A DNA stretch of 64,000 bases, taken from NCBI GenBank assembly GCA_000002435.2, contig CM018790.1; one strand, 5' to 3'. Under the pieces are notes generated by a model. The model was not told the origin of the DNA. It saw only the letters and a program-made list of their open reading frames with translations, and made no database searches. Positions 49,701 through 58,336 of the stretch are shown here, piece after piece. Made by a program: the position numbers and the translations under genes. Source of the DNA: Giardia intestinalis. Its lineage: Eukaryota. Position 1 is the stretch's first letter. Every line of letters starts with the position of its first letter.

Positions 49701-49950
49701 CACTGCTCACTACAGGAAGTATCAGCAGTCGCTGCGTGCAAACGGGAACAAGACCTTCATTAATCAGATATGGCCATGCTATGTGTGGTACAGAGACAAT
49801 GTTTTGTCGGCTGCAAAGAAGTATATCAGCATCCTCAACTATGACACAACGCAGCACAAGCCCGAGGAAACCTACTCGTATCTGATGTACCTATTGGGGC
49901 GCATTGTGGATGCCCACAATCAAAACACCTCCAAGGGCTCGTTAGTGTAG
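46795..49950 (+). CDS. Large hypothetical protein with a C-terminal Walker-A-like motif
   Basis: 1051-aa ORF with ATG after A/T-rich aaaaagtaaaaaaatcggttttttgactttttcaaccc. Motif FTGCSSVGKTELVD (GxxxxGKT) at about 49396-49419. Otherwise unrecognised. Confidence 0.8.
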   Translation: MLLPERQIILVHKDTFLIFLVFSGGYATYMLYKSCSVHFGISEAHEPTTFYELEYHQDAQMTCQQIQNTNPRDRFIELSAFFPAHETHVLGLTETYAVPIERNLLHKMFSSILPIIDVSKPNFVPPSPAAPSSPRRKLNLPVAKVAMNAKAKLKGKLQEDPHLPKIPDDCSVLQYSIEKNLVDIQNEDVSQDDINIPRVVSKSSLPTLAQVQQGGPLAVSAPTPSVLLSIPRGDTPQSCFASVRSAISTTVMSAISSVRTNRIGQRLGLNKETESNDSLTNSSQSTTSGVASNTFSTTSPNKAYPDIRRSMTEATLTGALLDSTGNLLVFSNFYKRNFVLRLPQGTGSALSFGICNQYVPGNPATLKKLTFRLRMVTFPVINYSNCCLFASEMILNFHHATLTTFLLTETAHLKYSFPSIIAADKNTIDSSIDYLYKQDFKVISKALLTEPKDLIHRYYFFKVNPQDPEFLSVHDYSSATIFIQKQLTKRLATDFLVGCAALSVHSIPKIYLPDLSLLKDQEQEELKPAEPPKLTFGSSPSHPKNTDSPNSKCVDNDAETQDSNMSTVYSLSAQSYADFEMLKSNGIVLPTSVSTKPLTGLDALHACHKSLLSILTHQRSYFLGVFPMRPFTLSYTDPRKIMTTCDKKTLYTINILIEPADTATKESIGHTLRSLPSLSSSINPNISTYLILTFPKDKVLGTIVNSAYGDHNIAGVYVYNKHSEHITQTLERTFSTFSILDPVSKRRSLSNLQSLLPEYCALSFGSNTKQLIASTISSDSNSGMAHDDDDDNDTTVDADDVTNVVFSQFLHQDLYDHGLSPTVTGETRHLLELHLERLVENIYSLVYAKIYNSVISALNCNFLINFTGCSSVGKTELVDSFLGADGAACIQESSYTSLERVHAYLDGNFNHPFVIDHEDLLRELVKYRLKCVRDGCLFSLYEGNLSVYNPSVLDKAERSLVLHLHTNQATAHYRKYQQSLRANGNKTFINQIWPCYVWYRDNVLSAAKKYISILNYDTTQHKPEETYSYLMYLLGRIVDAHNQNTSKGSLV

Positions 49951-52314
49951 TTACTCCCTGCAATTTTCTAATACCTTCTTTAGTTTTGTAGTGAATGCTT
50001 GCTGCTCTGCTGCTCTAAGCTTATTGAGTTCATCGACTCTGTATGCCGCTTCTTCTGCTCTTCGCTGGGCCTCAACAAGCTGTTCGTTAGCGGATCTATA
50101 CATTGCTTTGACCTTTCCGAGGGCAACACTGAGGCCCTGCTCTCTGCCGGCAGACTCTGCAACAAAGCGCTTGGCCTCGTTCAGCTCGGTCATGAGGACA
50201 CGTAGCCTATCGTCACAGTCTTTTCTAACTCGCTGAATCTCTGATTGGGCCCGGGAGTTAAGATTGGTTGCACCTTCTCCGCCACCATAGCTTCCCAGGG
50301 CGGCTATCATTTCTGTGAATATGTTTAATATTGCATCCGAAATAGGAGGTATCATATACCCGTTGTTTAGCCGCTTAACACGCGATGTCTGCTGAGCGGC
50401 GCCTCCTGATTCAATGTTGAAGAGGATGGATGGGTTGAAGGCGTGTGGAGACATATTGAATCTTTTGGAGAGAAGGACACCGATATCTATAGGTTCTAGC
50501 AAGAAGCTGCTGCTGGTCCCCTGTGCCACGACCTTTTTGGTGTAGTGAACTGCTTCGGTGCTCAGGATAAGCATGTTGTAAATAAACAAGTTTCTATGTT
50601 CTACATCAGTTGAAAGTTGCTCTATAGATTTAAGAAGATTGGTCACTTCTATGGCATGAAGATTTGCCGCTTGTTTTGCTTGATGGCTGTGCTCGCGTAT
50701 TTGCTGCTGCAACGTCAGTGTCATGGTGTTCAACTGCTCGATCTTCGAGGCGTTCTCGTCTAGCTCTTTGTGAGCTAGCTGGAGCTGCTCTTCCAACTCC
50801 TTGACCTGCTTGGCCTTATCCTCAATGACGAGACTCTGCTCTGTCTCTCCCTGAGATAGCCGAATGCATTCCTGGCGGGACTTCTCACCCTCAGAGAGTG
50901 CGTGTTGGAGGCTAACACGAAGGCCTTCAGACTCCTTTGCCAGCAGATCACATTGTGTACATTTTTGGTTATAGTCCGAAAGCAGATCATTGAAGTTGGA
51001 CTTGACACTGTCCATTTCTTTCATTATTTCCTTGACGTTCCCCAGCCTCTTCTCATACTGGGCACAGGTCTCGGTCAGGGCTGTGACATTTTCGGACAGG
51101 GTCTGGTTCTTCTTATTTGCCTGGGAAAGCTTGTCCTTGTATACACCCAGGGTGATGTCATGCTCATCTGTTAGTGTCTTAATCTTTAACTTTAGCCGTG
51201 CAATCTCAATCTCGTTTCTTACGACTTGCTTGTAGTCACACTTGGCCACCTCGGCAGGAGAACATGTGGTGAGTGGCGAGTTCGCTGAGGAGAGCACTCT
51301 TTCAGTAGCAAGAAGGTCTGTCACCCCTCCGCTCCCAGAGATGCTTGCTGATGAGTGAGAGGGAATTCTCTCTGGAAGATTGGGGGCCTCTGATCTGAAA
51401 AGTTGACTTGGCTGGTGGTCTATTGAGGAGATTACTGAACTAGGTTTAGATATTCGTGGACCTAAAAGGCCAGAGGATCCTTGGCCTCTGCAAGTGCTTG
51501 GTGTGCCTGCAGATTCTTGCGTAACATCGGCAACTGCACGGAGGGCCTCAAAATCGGCTGCTAATTGCTTATGCTTTTCTAGAAGAGAATTATAGCTATC
51601 TCTATAGAACTGTGATGCATCAGGAGGCGCGGGAGGCGCTCCCGGGTGGCTGCTATGTGCAAATGTGGTTTCGCTGCCAGAAGACCCCTTGAAAGACTCT
51701 ATTTCTGTTTTTAGCTGCGTGATGTACTGATGCGCATCGTGTAGTTGACGCTCTAACGCTCTATTCTTATCTCGGAGCTTCTGACAAATTAGTTTAAGTG
51801 CATGAGCATAATTGTATATGCGTTCTATTGCGCCTAGTGAGTTGTCCGATTCAGTCTTGCCAAGGTCAACATCAGGACCTGATGCATACAGAGCATCTAT
51901 TATTCTATTCCTGTTTTTGGGCATACCGGCACTCAGTAGCTTTTCCTCTGCCGCCGCGCTGTTGTACTGATAGGCTTCATCAAGTCCTTGCTCCTGATCG
52001 TCAGTCAGGAAGTCCAAATAAACGTGTGCCCCGTCGTTGGTCTCCGCAGCAGAGTCTGTCAGGGTATTAATTATACTTCTGCTGCGGCTTAAATCATCAT
52101 CAAATCTACTACTACAATCAGAATCTAGAGCGGCGCTTACGTTCACGCCTTCGTGAAGCAGCTGCTTAACTGCTTGGTCGCGGTACACGGAGAGATCCTC
52201 CTGCAGTAACCGATCGACCTCGTCGTCAAACTGTCGGACTTGAAATTGCTGATAGGACCCGGAAGGATCGGTCTGAAGATCTATGTTAGCCACTAGTGAG
52301 AGATTTGGGCGCAT
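49951..52314 (-). CDS. Coiled-coil protein, hypothetical
   Basis: Extended heptad regions (for example LERQLHDAHQYITQLKTEIESF and KVKELEEQLQLAHKELDENASKIEQL). The ORF-track start (52380) is a TTG; the first in-frame ATG is at 52314. The stop codon abuts the stop of the convergent upstream gene with no spacer. Confidence 0.8.
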   Translation of the reverse strand: MRPNLSLVANIDLQTDPSGSYQQFQVRQFDDEVDRLLQEDLSVYRDQAVKQLLHEGVNVSAALDSDCSSRFDDDLSRSRSIINTLTDSAAETNDGAHVYLDFLTDDQEQGLDEAYQYNSAAAEEKLLSAGMPKNRNRIIDALYASGPDVDLGKTESDNSLGAIERIYNYAHALKLICQKLRDKNRALERQLHDAHQYITQLKTEIESFKGSSGSETTFAHSSHPGAPPAPPDASQFYRDSYNSLLEKHKQLAADFEALRAVADVTQESAGTPSTCRGQGSSGLLGPRISKPSSVISSIDHQPSQLFRSEAPNLPERIPSHSSASISGSGGVTDLLATERVLSSANSPLTTCSPAEVAKCDYKQVVRNEIEIARLKLKIKTLTDEHDITLGVYKDKLSQANKKNQTLSENVTALTETCAQYEKRLGNVKEIMKEMDSVKSNFNDLLSDYNQKCTQCDLLAKESEGLRVSLQHALSEGEKSRQECIRLSQGETEQSLVIEDKAKQVKELEEQLQLAHKELDENASKIEQLNTMTLTLQQQIREHSHQAKQAANLHAIEVTNLLKSIEQLSTDVEHRNLFIYNMLILSTEAVHYTKKVVAQGTSSSFLLEPIDIGVLLSKRFNMSPHAFNPSILFNIESGGAAQQTSRVKRLNNGYMIPPISDAILNIFTEMIAALGSYGGGEGATNLNSRAQSEIQRVRKDCDDRLRVLMTELNEAKRFVAESAGREQGLSVALGKVKAMYRSANEQLVEAQRRAEEAAYRVDELNKLRAAEQQAFTTKLKKVLENCRE

Positions 52315-52383
52315 ATAAGCACCTACTCCGCCTGTCTTTTTTCCTTTCACGTCCGAGTCATGAAGCTCCCCTCCCACCAAGAT

Positions 52384-54600
52384 TTACTTCGTATTACTGC
52401 ATGGTACTGATCTCAAAAGAAGCGTGACGATGTGTTGTACCTTGACGAAGTCAACACGAGAGAATTGTCCTCTTCCACAGGCAGCTATCAAAAGAGAGGC
52501 AACACTGGCTGCATATTCTGGACCCTCGTGTTCCGCAATAAGACTAACAGCTTCCTTGTTCAGTGCAAAGGCAGACAACTCCAGAGCAGTCTCGCCAGCC
52601 ACAGAACACCGCCCTCCCTCATAAGGAAGTAACAAACATATGTGTTCAATGCACCCTACTTGCGACGCGTACATCAACGCTGTAATACCAGCGGGCGTGC
52701 ACCTGCCCGCCTCTCCCGCCTCGATCAACGCCTTGCACTCGTTCTGCAGGGTCTTACCAGATTGACAAACGCACATGAGAGATGTATTCTGTTCAGCATT
52801 TACCATGCCTGCTTCAATAGATAGCAAAGTAGTATACAAATTGACTAAAGCGTCTACACCCAAGAGGCACGCCTTTGTTAAAAGACCGCGGCGCGATGCG
52901 ATAATAAGAGCGGTGTCTCCAGTGAAAAGGGCATGAAACGAGGCCATGTGAAGTAAGCGACATGCATTTTTAGCCAGCTGAGCAAGTGCTTCGGGATCCT
53001 CCTCCGATTCCGCCATAACGAGCAGAGATTGTAGCATAGTCAGCCCAGTTTGGATTCGTACAAGTTCATGATTCGCTAGGTAGTTTGCGACAGCGCGATA
53101 CCCTCTCTGCATGGCGAAAGTTCCTGCAGTAGTACCATCCTCCGTCATTGTTCCAGCATATTGATCTACAAGCCCAATGACTGCTTGCTCCAGCCCGTTT
53201 AGTGCAGCATACATTAGAGGTGTATAGGCATGCTTTGAAGGTGGTAGAAAGACAGTGGTAGAGGGTGATCTTATAACAGGGCAGCGACGAGTGCCATAAT
53301 GAATGATCCGATTGATTGTCGACGCGGAAATATCTGTTAGATAAGTTGCACTGCTAGATAACCTAGATATGTCTATCAGTGCCTGTACAGCGCTGGTGCC
53401 GTTCAGCCAAAGGTAGCGGAGCGCATACTGGCCATCATTGTCCATGGCATTGAGTGTATCAAGGTTCAACACACAAACCAGATCAAGCCAGCAAGCAGTA
53501 CTTACACGAAGAAAACCATTGATGGCCAAGCGATGCAAGGCCGTCATATTCTTTTGGTCTCTGCGGAGACCTTCGATGTGCAGCAGGAGCCGTGCTTGAG
53601 CCAAATCGCAAGCTTCTAGGGCACGCATATATCTAGTCACACCTTTGCTATCTACTTCCAAGACACCCATTTGTACATCGAGCACAGGTTGCAATGCCGC
53701 TCGCACGGTGTCGTAAGCAGCAGAAAAGTCTATGCGATGGACTGCAAATGGATTGGAAAGCGCCCGAAGCAGGTTAAAAAACCAATCTATTTGCGAAGTA
53801 TTCACGTAATTGTACAGTAACTGCACGCTTGATGAGTTCAGACCTTTGGTTATTTTCTGAACAACCAGGGAATGGAGATAGTGAACCGTGGCATGAAACT
53901 CAGATACGGTGGGAAATTTTAAGGCGACCTTTCTATTGGCAGCTAAGAGCTCTAAGCACAGCATACCCACCTTATGGAGCAGGACCTGAAGTCCACTTGC
54001 ACTGTCCCGCCGGGGCTTTGGTGTACTACACTGACCAGATATGAATTGGCTGAACTTAGGTTCCAACTTAATATACCCGTTGGGGGTCAGCCAGATATTC
54101 GATGGTGTTAAACAATCTGAAAATATGTGCCAGGGAAAGTCTGGCCAAGAGTTACATGAGCGGAGGTAATCGCAAAGACTGAGTAGCTGGACTAAAACGG
54201 AAAGGATAAGGTAAACTGGAAAAGGTCGAGATGCTTTTTTTCGAGAGTGGGTCAGCAACAGGTCAGTGAGCCGCACTGATCCAGTAGGGATCCAAGATGC
54301 AAGCATGAGGGTGTGGAGATAGCGACACGAAGACACCTTAACTACTGCTGGGAGGACTCGTTGTACCACTCCCTCAGACACGGATTGCTTCTGGAAGCTT
54401 GCTGCGCCGCAAAGGGGGAGAGTGTAATGACTAAGTGTTAGTGTAAGGTGGTAAGTCTTGAGCAAGACGCGAATCCCGGCTAGCTGCTTCTTTGTAGATT
54501 GTCTGATAATATGAGAAATATAACGTGGAGACCCATTAACTGCGGATAGAGCGTAGGCCTCTAGCGGACCTGCAAACGCTACGAAAATGTGACGTGTCAC
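52384..54600 (-). CDS. NEK-like pseudokinase + ankyrin-repeat protein (Protein 21.1 class); start codon unresolved
   Basis: The N-terminal kinase-like fold lacks HRD/DFG (SNIWLTPNGYIKLEPKFSQF). It is followed by at least 6 ankyrin-type units (MTALHRLAINGF, YTPLMYAALNGLEQAVIGLV, GDTALIIASRRGLL, NTSLMCVCQSGK, GITALMYASQVGCIEHICLLL, GETALELSA). The frame opens after a stop at 54613-54615 and has no in-frame ATG for about 98 codons. The ORF-track start is a GTG. Confidence 0.75.
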   Translation of the reverse strand: MTRHIFVAFAGPLEAYALSAVNGSPRYISHIIRQSTKKQLAGIRVLLKTYHLTLTLSHYTLPLCGAASFQKQSVSEGVVQRVLPAVVKVSSCRYLHTLMLASWIPTGSVRLTDLLLTHSRKKASRPFPVYLILSVLVQLLSLCDYLRSCNSWPDFPWHIFSDCLTPSNIWLTPNGYIKLEPKFSQFISGQCSTPKPRRDSASGLQVLLHKVGMLCLELLAANRKVALKFPTVSEFHATVHYLHSLVVQKITKGLNSSSVQLLYNYVNTSQIDWFFNLLRALSNPFAVHRIDFSAAYDTVRAALQPVLDVQMGVLEVDSKGVTRYMRALEACDLAQARLLLHIEGLRRDQKNMTALHRLAINGFLRVSTACWLDLVCVLNLDTLNAMDNDGQYALRYLWLNGTSAVQALIDISRLSSSATYLTDISASTINRIIHYGTRRCPVIRSPSTTVFLPPSKHAYTPLMYAALNGLEQAVIGLVDQYAGTMTEDGTTAGTFAMQRGYRAVANYLANHELVRIQTGLTMLQSLLVMAESEEDPEALAQLAKNACRLLHMASFHALFTGDTALIIASRRGLLTKACLLGVDALVNLYTTLLSIEAGMVNAEQNTSLMCVCQSGKTLQNECKALIEAGEAGRCTPAGITALMYASQVGCIEHICLLLPYEGGRCSVAGETALELSAFALNKEAVSLIAEHEGPEYAASVASLLIAACGRGQFSRVDFVKVQHIVTLLLRSVPCSNTK

Positions 54601-54866
54601 AGGCCCAGAATTTTACGGATTGAGATAGGGCCGACAAGCGTGAAAAAAATGTGTTGCAGCATTTGTAAAATAAAAACAGAAGATTTTAAAGGGCAGTTTA
54701 ACATTTCAATGAACTACTATTAGAAAAACCGTGCTATCTACTGGTTGTGTTCACTACTTTATGTGACAGAGGTATTTCGATAAAAGAATTTTCCCTCAGA
54801 GTCTAATTTCTTGGAAAAAAGTTGCTTTTACAGGCGTGAGATCTTTTGAAAACTGTTGAGAGCCAA

Positions 54867-55760
54867 ATGGCGTACAGCGACTGGGCTAAGAGTCAATATA
54901 TGGAGTTGAATGAACTAGGGTGCAACGGAAAGCTTTCCTTACACAGTGCGCGTGTGAGGTCGTCCGGGGACGCGGTTTCCTTCTGGCGCATCGGTATATC
55001 TGGCCTCCCCGATTCTGTACTGGATGCAATCGTCGTGGAAGTCCAGCATGTCAAGGACTATCAGCATCCAGCACTAATAAAGGTAACCAATGTGTATGCT
55101 GATGTAGACGACCTGTATGTGTACATAGAGATGGAACCTGTCAACTGCACCTTGAAGGACTATGCGAAGCAACACATCAGCGCTCAGAGTAAAGTTCCCG
55201 AGCAAGTTGTTTGGGACACGGCAAGCTCTTTATTAGAGGGTCTTTCATACCTTCACTTGCTTGAAAATCCTACCCCGTTTCTATCAACGAGCTCCTCTAG
55301 TCTGATGGATGCTACCAACAACAGTAGAAGCGTTAATATTGTTGGAGTTCACGCCAGTATCACGTCGTCAACCGTCTTAGTAACGCAGGAGGGCCATATA
55401 AAGCTCGGTGTCTTTGGGCTTTCCGCGACCCTCGATGAACTGTATTCGCTCGGATATTATGACGTCCCGCACTGCTTCCGAGCACCTGAGGTGACAAAGT
55501 ACAAGCACAGCTTAAAGAGCGACGTTTGGGCACTTGGAGCAACCCTTGTGGATATGTGCGTGGGAACGCTTTCTTCTCGTGATGACTTCCCGGTCAATCC
55601 TGGCTCATTGGAGCACCCAGATCTTTCAGACTATCTAGCGCAATATACACCAAGGCTTAGAAAGTTCCTAGGTGTGTGTCTGCGCTTCGATGTGACAAAG
55701 AGGCATCTGACTAATGGGTTGATGGACGAGCTGGCTAGTCTGAAACCGAACGGAGTGTAA
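54867..55760 (+). CDS. Protein-kinase-like protein, probably catalytically inactive
   Basis: Kinase fold is recognisable (HPALIKVTNVY...LYVYIEMEP, LLEGLSYLH, IKLGVFGLS, FRAPEV, SDVWALGATLVDMC). The catalytic loop reads GVHASITSSTVLV instead of HRDxxxxN, and DFG is VFG. The first ATG is at 54867; the ORF-track start at 54846 is a TTG. Confidence 0.8.
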   Translation: MAYSDWAKSQYMELNELGCNGKLSLHSARVRSSGDAVSFWRIGISGLPDSVLDAIVVEVQHVKDYQHPALIKVTNVYADVDDLYVYIEMEPVNCTLKDYAKQHISAQSKVPEQVVWDTASSLLEGLSYLHLLENPTPFLSTSSSSLMDATNNSRSVNIVGVHASITSSTVLVTQEGHIKLGVFGLSATLDELYSLGYYDVPHCFRAPEVTKYKHSLKSDVWALGATLVDMCVGTLSSRDDFPVNPGSLEHPDLSDYLAQYTPRLRKFLGVCLRFDVTKRHLTNGLMDELASLKPNGV

Positions 55761-55802
55761 ATGTGTCATTTTGCTGCGTGGCCTCTGCATGTACGCGTGG
55801 GT

Positions 55803-57188
55803 TCACCCATAAGCTGTTCTAGGTACCCTCTGTTTGAGGGACTCGACAATATCGGTAAGGTAGAAGACTTGAGCTTTCAATTCAAGCACTTCCGATCGCG
55901 TCTTGTGAAGCTCTTGCTCAAGCTGTATGTTTCGGCCTTTGAGAAGAGCCATCTCGCTTTGCAAAGCTTTGACGCCTAAAGGCACAATTTCTTGATTGCA
56001 GTGAGCTCCAGGCTTGCTCTGTGGACCAACAGGCGCAGTGTTACTGGAAGCATTAGCCGATACCGATCTATATGCCTTCTGAGTCTTGGTATTGCTGCCT
56101 CGCGCGGGAGAAAGCGCCGTTAGAGTATAGTTCATGGTTGGGGTTGCTGCTCTCTGGCTGGATGAAGATCTTCGAGTCAGCATTCGCGACAAAGTTCCCT
56201 CTATGAGTGGTATGTTAGATACCTGCAAAGACCCATTGAGCGAAAAGAGAGGGTTCTTGGTAAAAAGGGCTCGGGGTGTACTAGGCTGAGCTCCATTCGG
56301 ATGAAACTCTGCTTGTGGAATAGGGATCGTGCTGGATGATTCTGTTTTGCAAGCATTGATACGATAGAGAATGTCGATAATTTCCTCTGGGAGGTCAATC
56401 GACCCCGTCCGCATAATAATCCTGCACAGCTTCTTGTGGACCACACCAGTGACATCAGTAAAAAGCGCTGGGCGTATATTGGACGGAAACATAATGAACA
56501 CTCCGCTTATAGAGTCGTACACCCTGACCAACTCTCGACCCGATGCTTGGAAAAAACTCAAGATATACCTGTTTTGGAAGATAACTGTCATGTGGTAGGC
56601 ATCACAAACAGCGTCATCTACTATCAGCTCGTTGACGGTGATTTTGTTTCCCTTCTTGAGAAGCTTGAGAATGCCCAGCTCGCTATGAGTACCCTTCCTG
56701 CGAAGGACAAGTAGCAATATGGTTCCCTCAAAGCTATGTGCAAAGAGCGGAACACCATTTATATCTATGTCAGTAGATGAGAAGATATGTGTTTCAAGCT
56801 CAAAGACGTAGACCCTTGAGTGGCCTGGAGCGGACGCTACAGTAGTTTCCGTGAGGATAATGTATATGTGGCTGTGCGTAGCGGCAATAACACCTTGGTG
56901 GCCCACCGGACCTGACCCTATGGCCTTGAAACTTAGGGTAGAGTCTATTAAGAAGAGGCTGCCCTGGGACAATTGATAAAGATAAGCAGTACACGCAGCT
57001 CTGTCTCTTGCTAAGTCAGGGCTTATAGACTCATGTGTCCACGTGAAGACGCAGGTCTCGCGGTCGACGTTTGCAAGTCTCGAAGGAACAATTGCGGGCG
57101 TGTGCTCCCATGTACCTGTGCTTGACATCTTCAGTACACGGGTGCACCCCCTACTAAGAGCGTATAGCTGTCCATTCAGTGAAAACAT
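55803..57188 (-). CDS. Hypothetical protein, possible beta-propeller N-terminus + C-terminal coiled coil
   Basis: 461-aa ORF with ATG start. It has repeated beta-strand-like segments (GQLYALS, LYQLSQGSLFLID, SHIYIIL, RVYVFELE) and a terminal heptad region (LQSEMALLKGRNIQLEQELHKTRSEVLELKAQV). The fold assignment is weak. Confidence 0.7.
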   Translation of the reverse strand: MFSLNGQLYALSRGCTRVLKMSSTGTWEHTPAIVPSRLANVDRETCVFTWTHESISPDLARDRAACTAYLYQLSQGSLFLIDSTLSFKAIGSGPVGHQGVIAATHSHIYIILTETTVASAPGHSRVYVFELETHIFSSTDIDINGVPLFAHSFEGTILLLVLRRKGTHSELGILKLLKKGNKITVNELIVDDAVCDAYHMTVIFQNRYILSFFQASGRELVRVYDSISGVFIMFPSNIRPALFTDVTGVVHKKLCRIIMRTGSIDLPEEIIDILYRINACKTESSSTIPIPQAEFHPNGAQPSTPRALFTKNPLFSLNGSLQVSNIPLIEGTLSRMLTRRSSSSQRAATPTMNYTLTALSPARGSNTKTQKAYRSVSANASSNTAPVGPQSKPGAHCNQEIVPLGVKALQSEMALLKGRNIQLEQELHKTRSEVLELKAQVFYLTDIVESLKQRVPRTAYG

Positions 57189-57235
57189 CCTCCAAAGTCT
57201 GATTGTTTACTTTCTCGCCCAGGAGCTCTAAAATA

Positions 57236-57631
57236 TTAGGCCGGCGACCCTCTTCTAAGATCTCTGGTTCTCAGAGCATCATAGTCATAGCCTTGCAGAA
57301 GACGTGGAGGTCCTTGAAGCATTCCTATGTGCAAGGGTTCTATCATCTTGTGTATACCCACCCAGGAGTGAGCCACATTGCACGCTTCCGTAATATCATA
57401 GCCAAAGAAGGGGCGCAGAATGTCTTTTCCAGCAGGATGCCAGTCTAAATATTGCGTGATGTCGTAGACACGACCACGGTAGGTGACCCAACAGTCATCC
57501 TCTGAACGATGCTCATAAACCTGGTTTGCCGTGTAATTGGTATTGGCTGCTACATGCGCCGGGACTCCCTTAATCCGCCTGTGCTGCATGAGAAACGCCA
57601 CTCCAGATGGGCGACCATGATGTTCACTCAT
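57236..57631 (-). CDS. Cytochrome b5-like haem-binding protein
   Basis: DCWVTYRGRVYDITQYLDWHPAGKDILRPFFGYDITEAC..AHSW matches the cyt b5 core (W....g.VYDvT.fl..HPGG...l....G.D.T..F...HS), with both axial His positions present. Confidence 0.85.
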   Translation of the reverse strand: MSEHHGRPSGVAFLMQHRRIKGVPAHVAANTNYTANQVYEHRSEDDCWVTYRGRVYDITQYLDWHPAGKDILRPFFGYDITEACNVAHSWVGIHKMIEPLHIGMLQGPPRLLQGYDYDALRTRDLRRGSPA

Positions 57632-57652
57632 TAAAATTATGGTGAAATTCCT

Positions 57653-57688
57653 GTGACTTTGGACGTGACCTTGGACGTGACCTTGGAC
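57653..57688. repeat. 12-nt tandem repeat x3 (gtgacYttggac) in the intergenic spacer
   Basis: gtgactttggac gtgaccttggac gtgaccttggac lies in the 72-bp spacer between the cytochrome b5 start (57631) and the DJ-1 stop (57704). Confidence 0.9.
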
Positions 57689-57703
57689 GGAGCCCCGTAC
57701 CTT

Positions 57704-58264
57704 CTACTTGTCAATAAGATGCAAAAGCATCCCCTTCGTTACTTCAGCATGCTTCTCTGGAGTCACAAGCAATTCCAGGGCCTTGACAGCGAAGAGAAGA
57801 GCTGTCGCTGGCCCCTGGGAAGTTAGGAACTTGCCGTCAACCACAACAGGCTCGTCGACGAATTGAGCACCGTTTGCAACTAGCCCGTCCTTCATGGCAG
57901 GATAGCAGGTTGCACGCTTGTCCTTCAAAAGACCCCATGACGCTAGGGAAGCAGAGGGGGCCGCGCATATAGCCATGACCCACTTGCCGTGCCGGCTGTG
58001 ATTCTCCGTTAAAGCCTTGATAACACCATTCGTTTGCATTTCCTTCCAGCCAGGTCCGCCAGGTAGCACAATGGCGTCATAGAGCGTGTTGCCAATCTCA
58101 GAGACCAGGGCGTCCGTGTGTACAGTGACCCCGTGAGCACCCTTTTGGACTTTCTCGGTGCCTGCAAGTGTCACAGACACTCCGCCACGACGGAGAACGT
58201 CCACCACTGTGACACACTCGATGGGCTCGAAGCCTTCGACAACGCAGACAAGTGCAGAGGGCAT
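57704..58264 (-). CDS. DJ-1/PfpI (ThiJ) family protein
   Basis: CVVEGFEPIECVTVVDVLRRGGVSVTLAG, DAIVLPGGPG, nucleophile-elbow AICAAP, VVVDGKFLTSQGPATALLFAVKALELL. The 186-aa length is typical of the family. Confidence 0.9.
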   Translation of the reverse strand: MPSALVCVVEGFEPIECVTVVDVLRRGGVSVTLAGTEKVQKGAHGVTVHTDALVSEIGNTLYDAIVLPGGPGWKEMQTNGVIKALTENHSRHGKWVMAICAAPSASLASWGLLKDKRATCYPAMKDGLVANGAQFVDEPVVVDGKFLTSQGPATALLFAVKALELLVTPEKHAEVTKGMLLHLIDK

Positions 58265-58336
58265 GGATTTGAAAAGATATTAAAGCATCTTCTTAAAATG
58301 GCGATAGTAAAGAGTATTATCGCAATATCATTTTAA

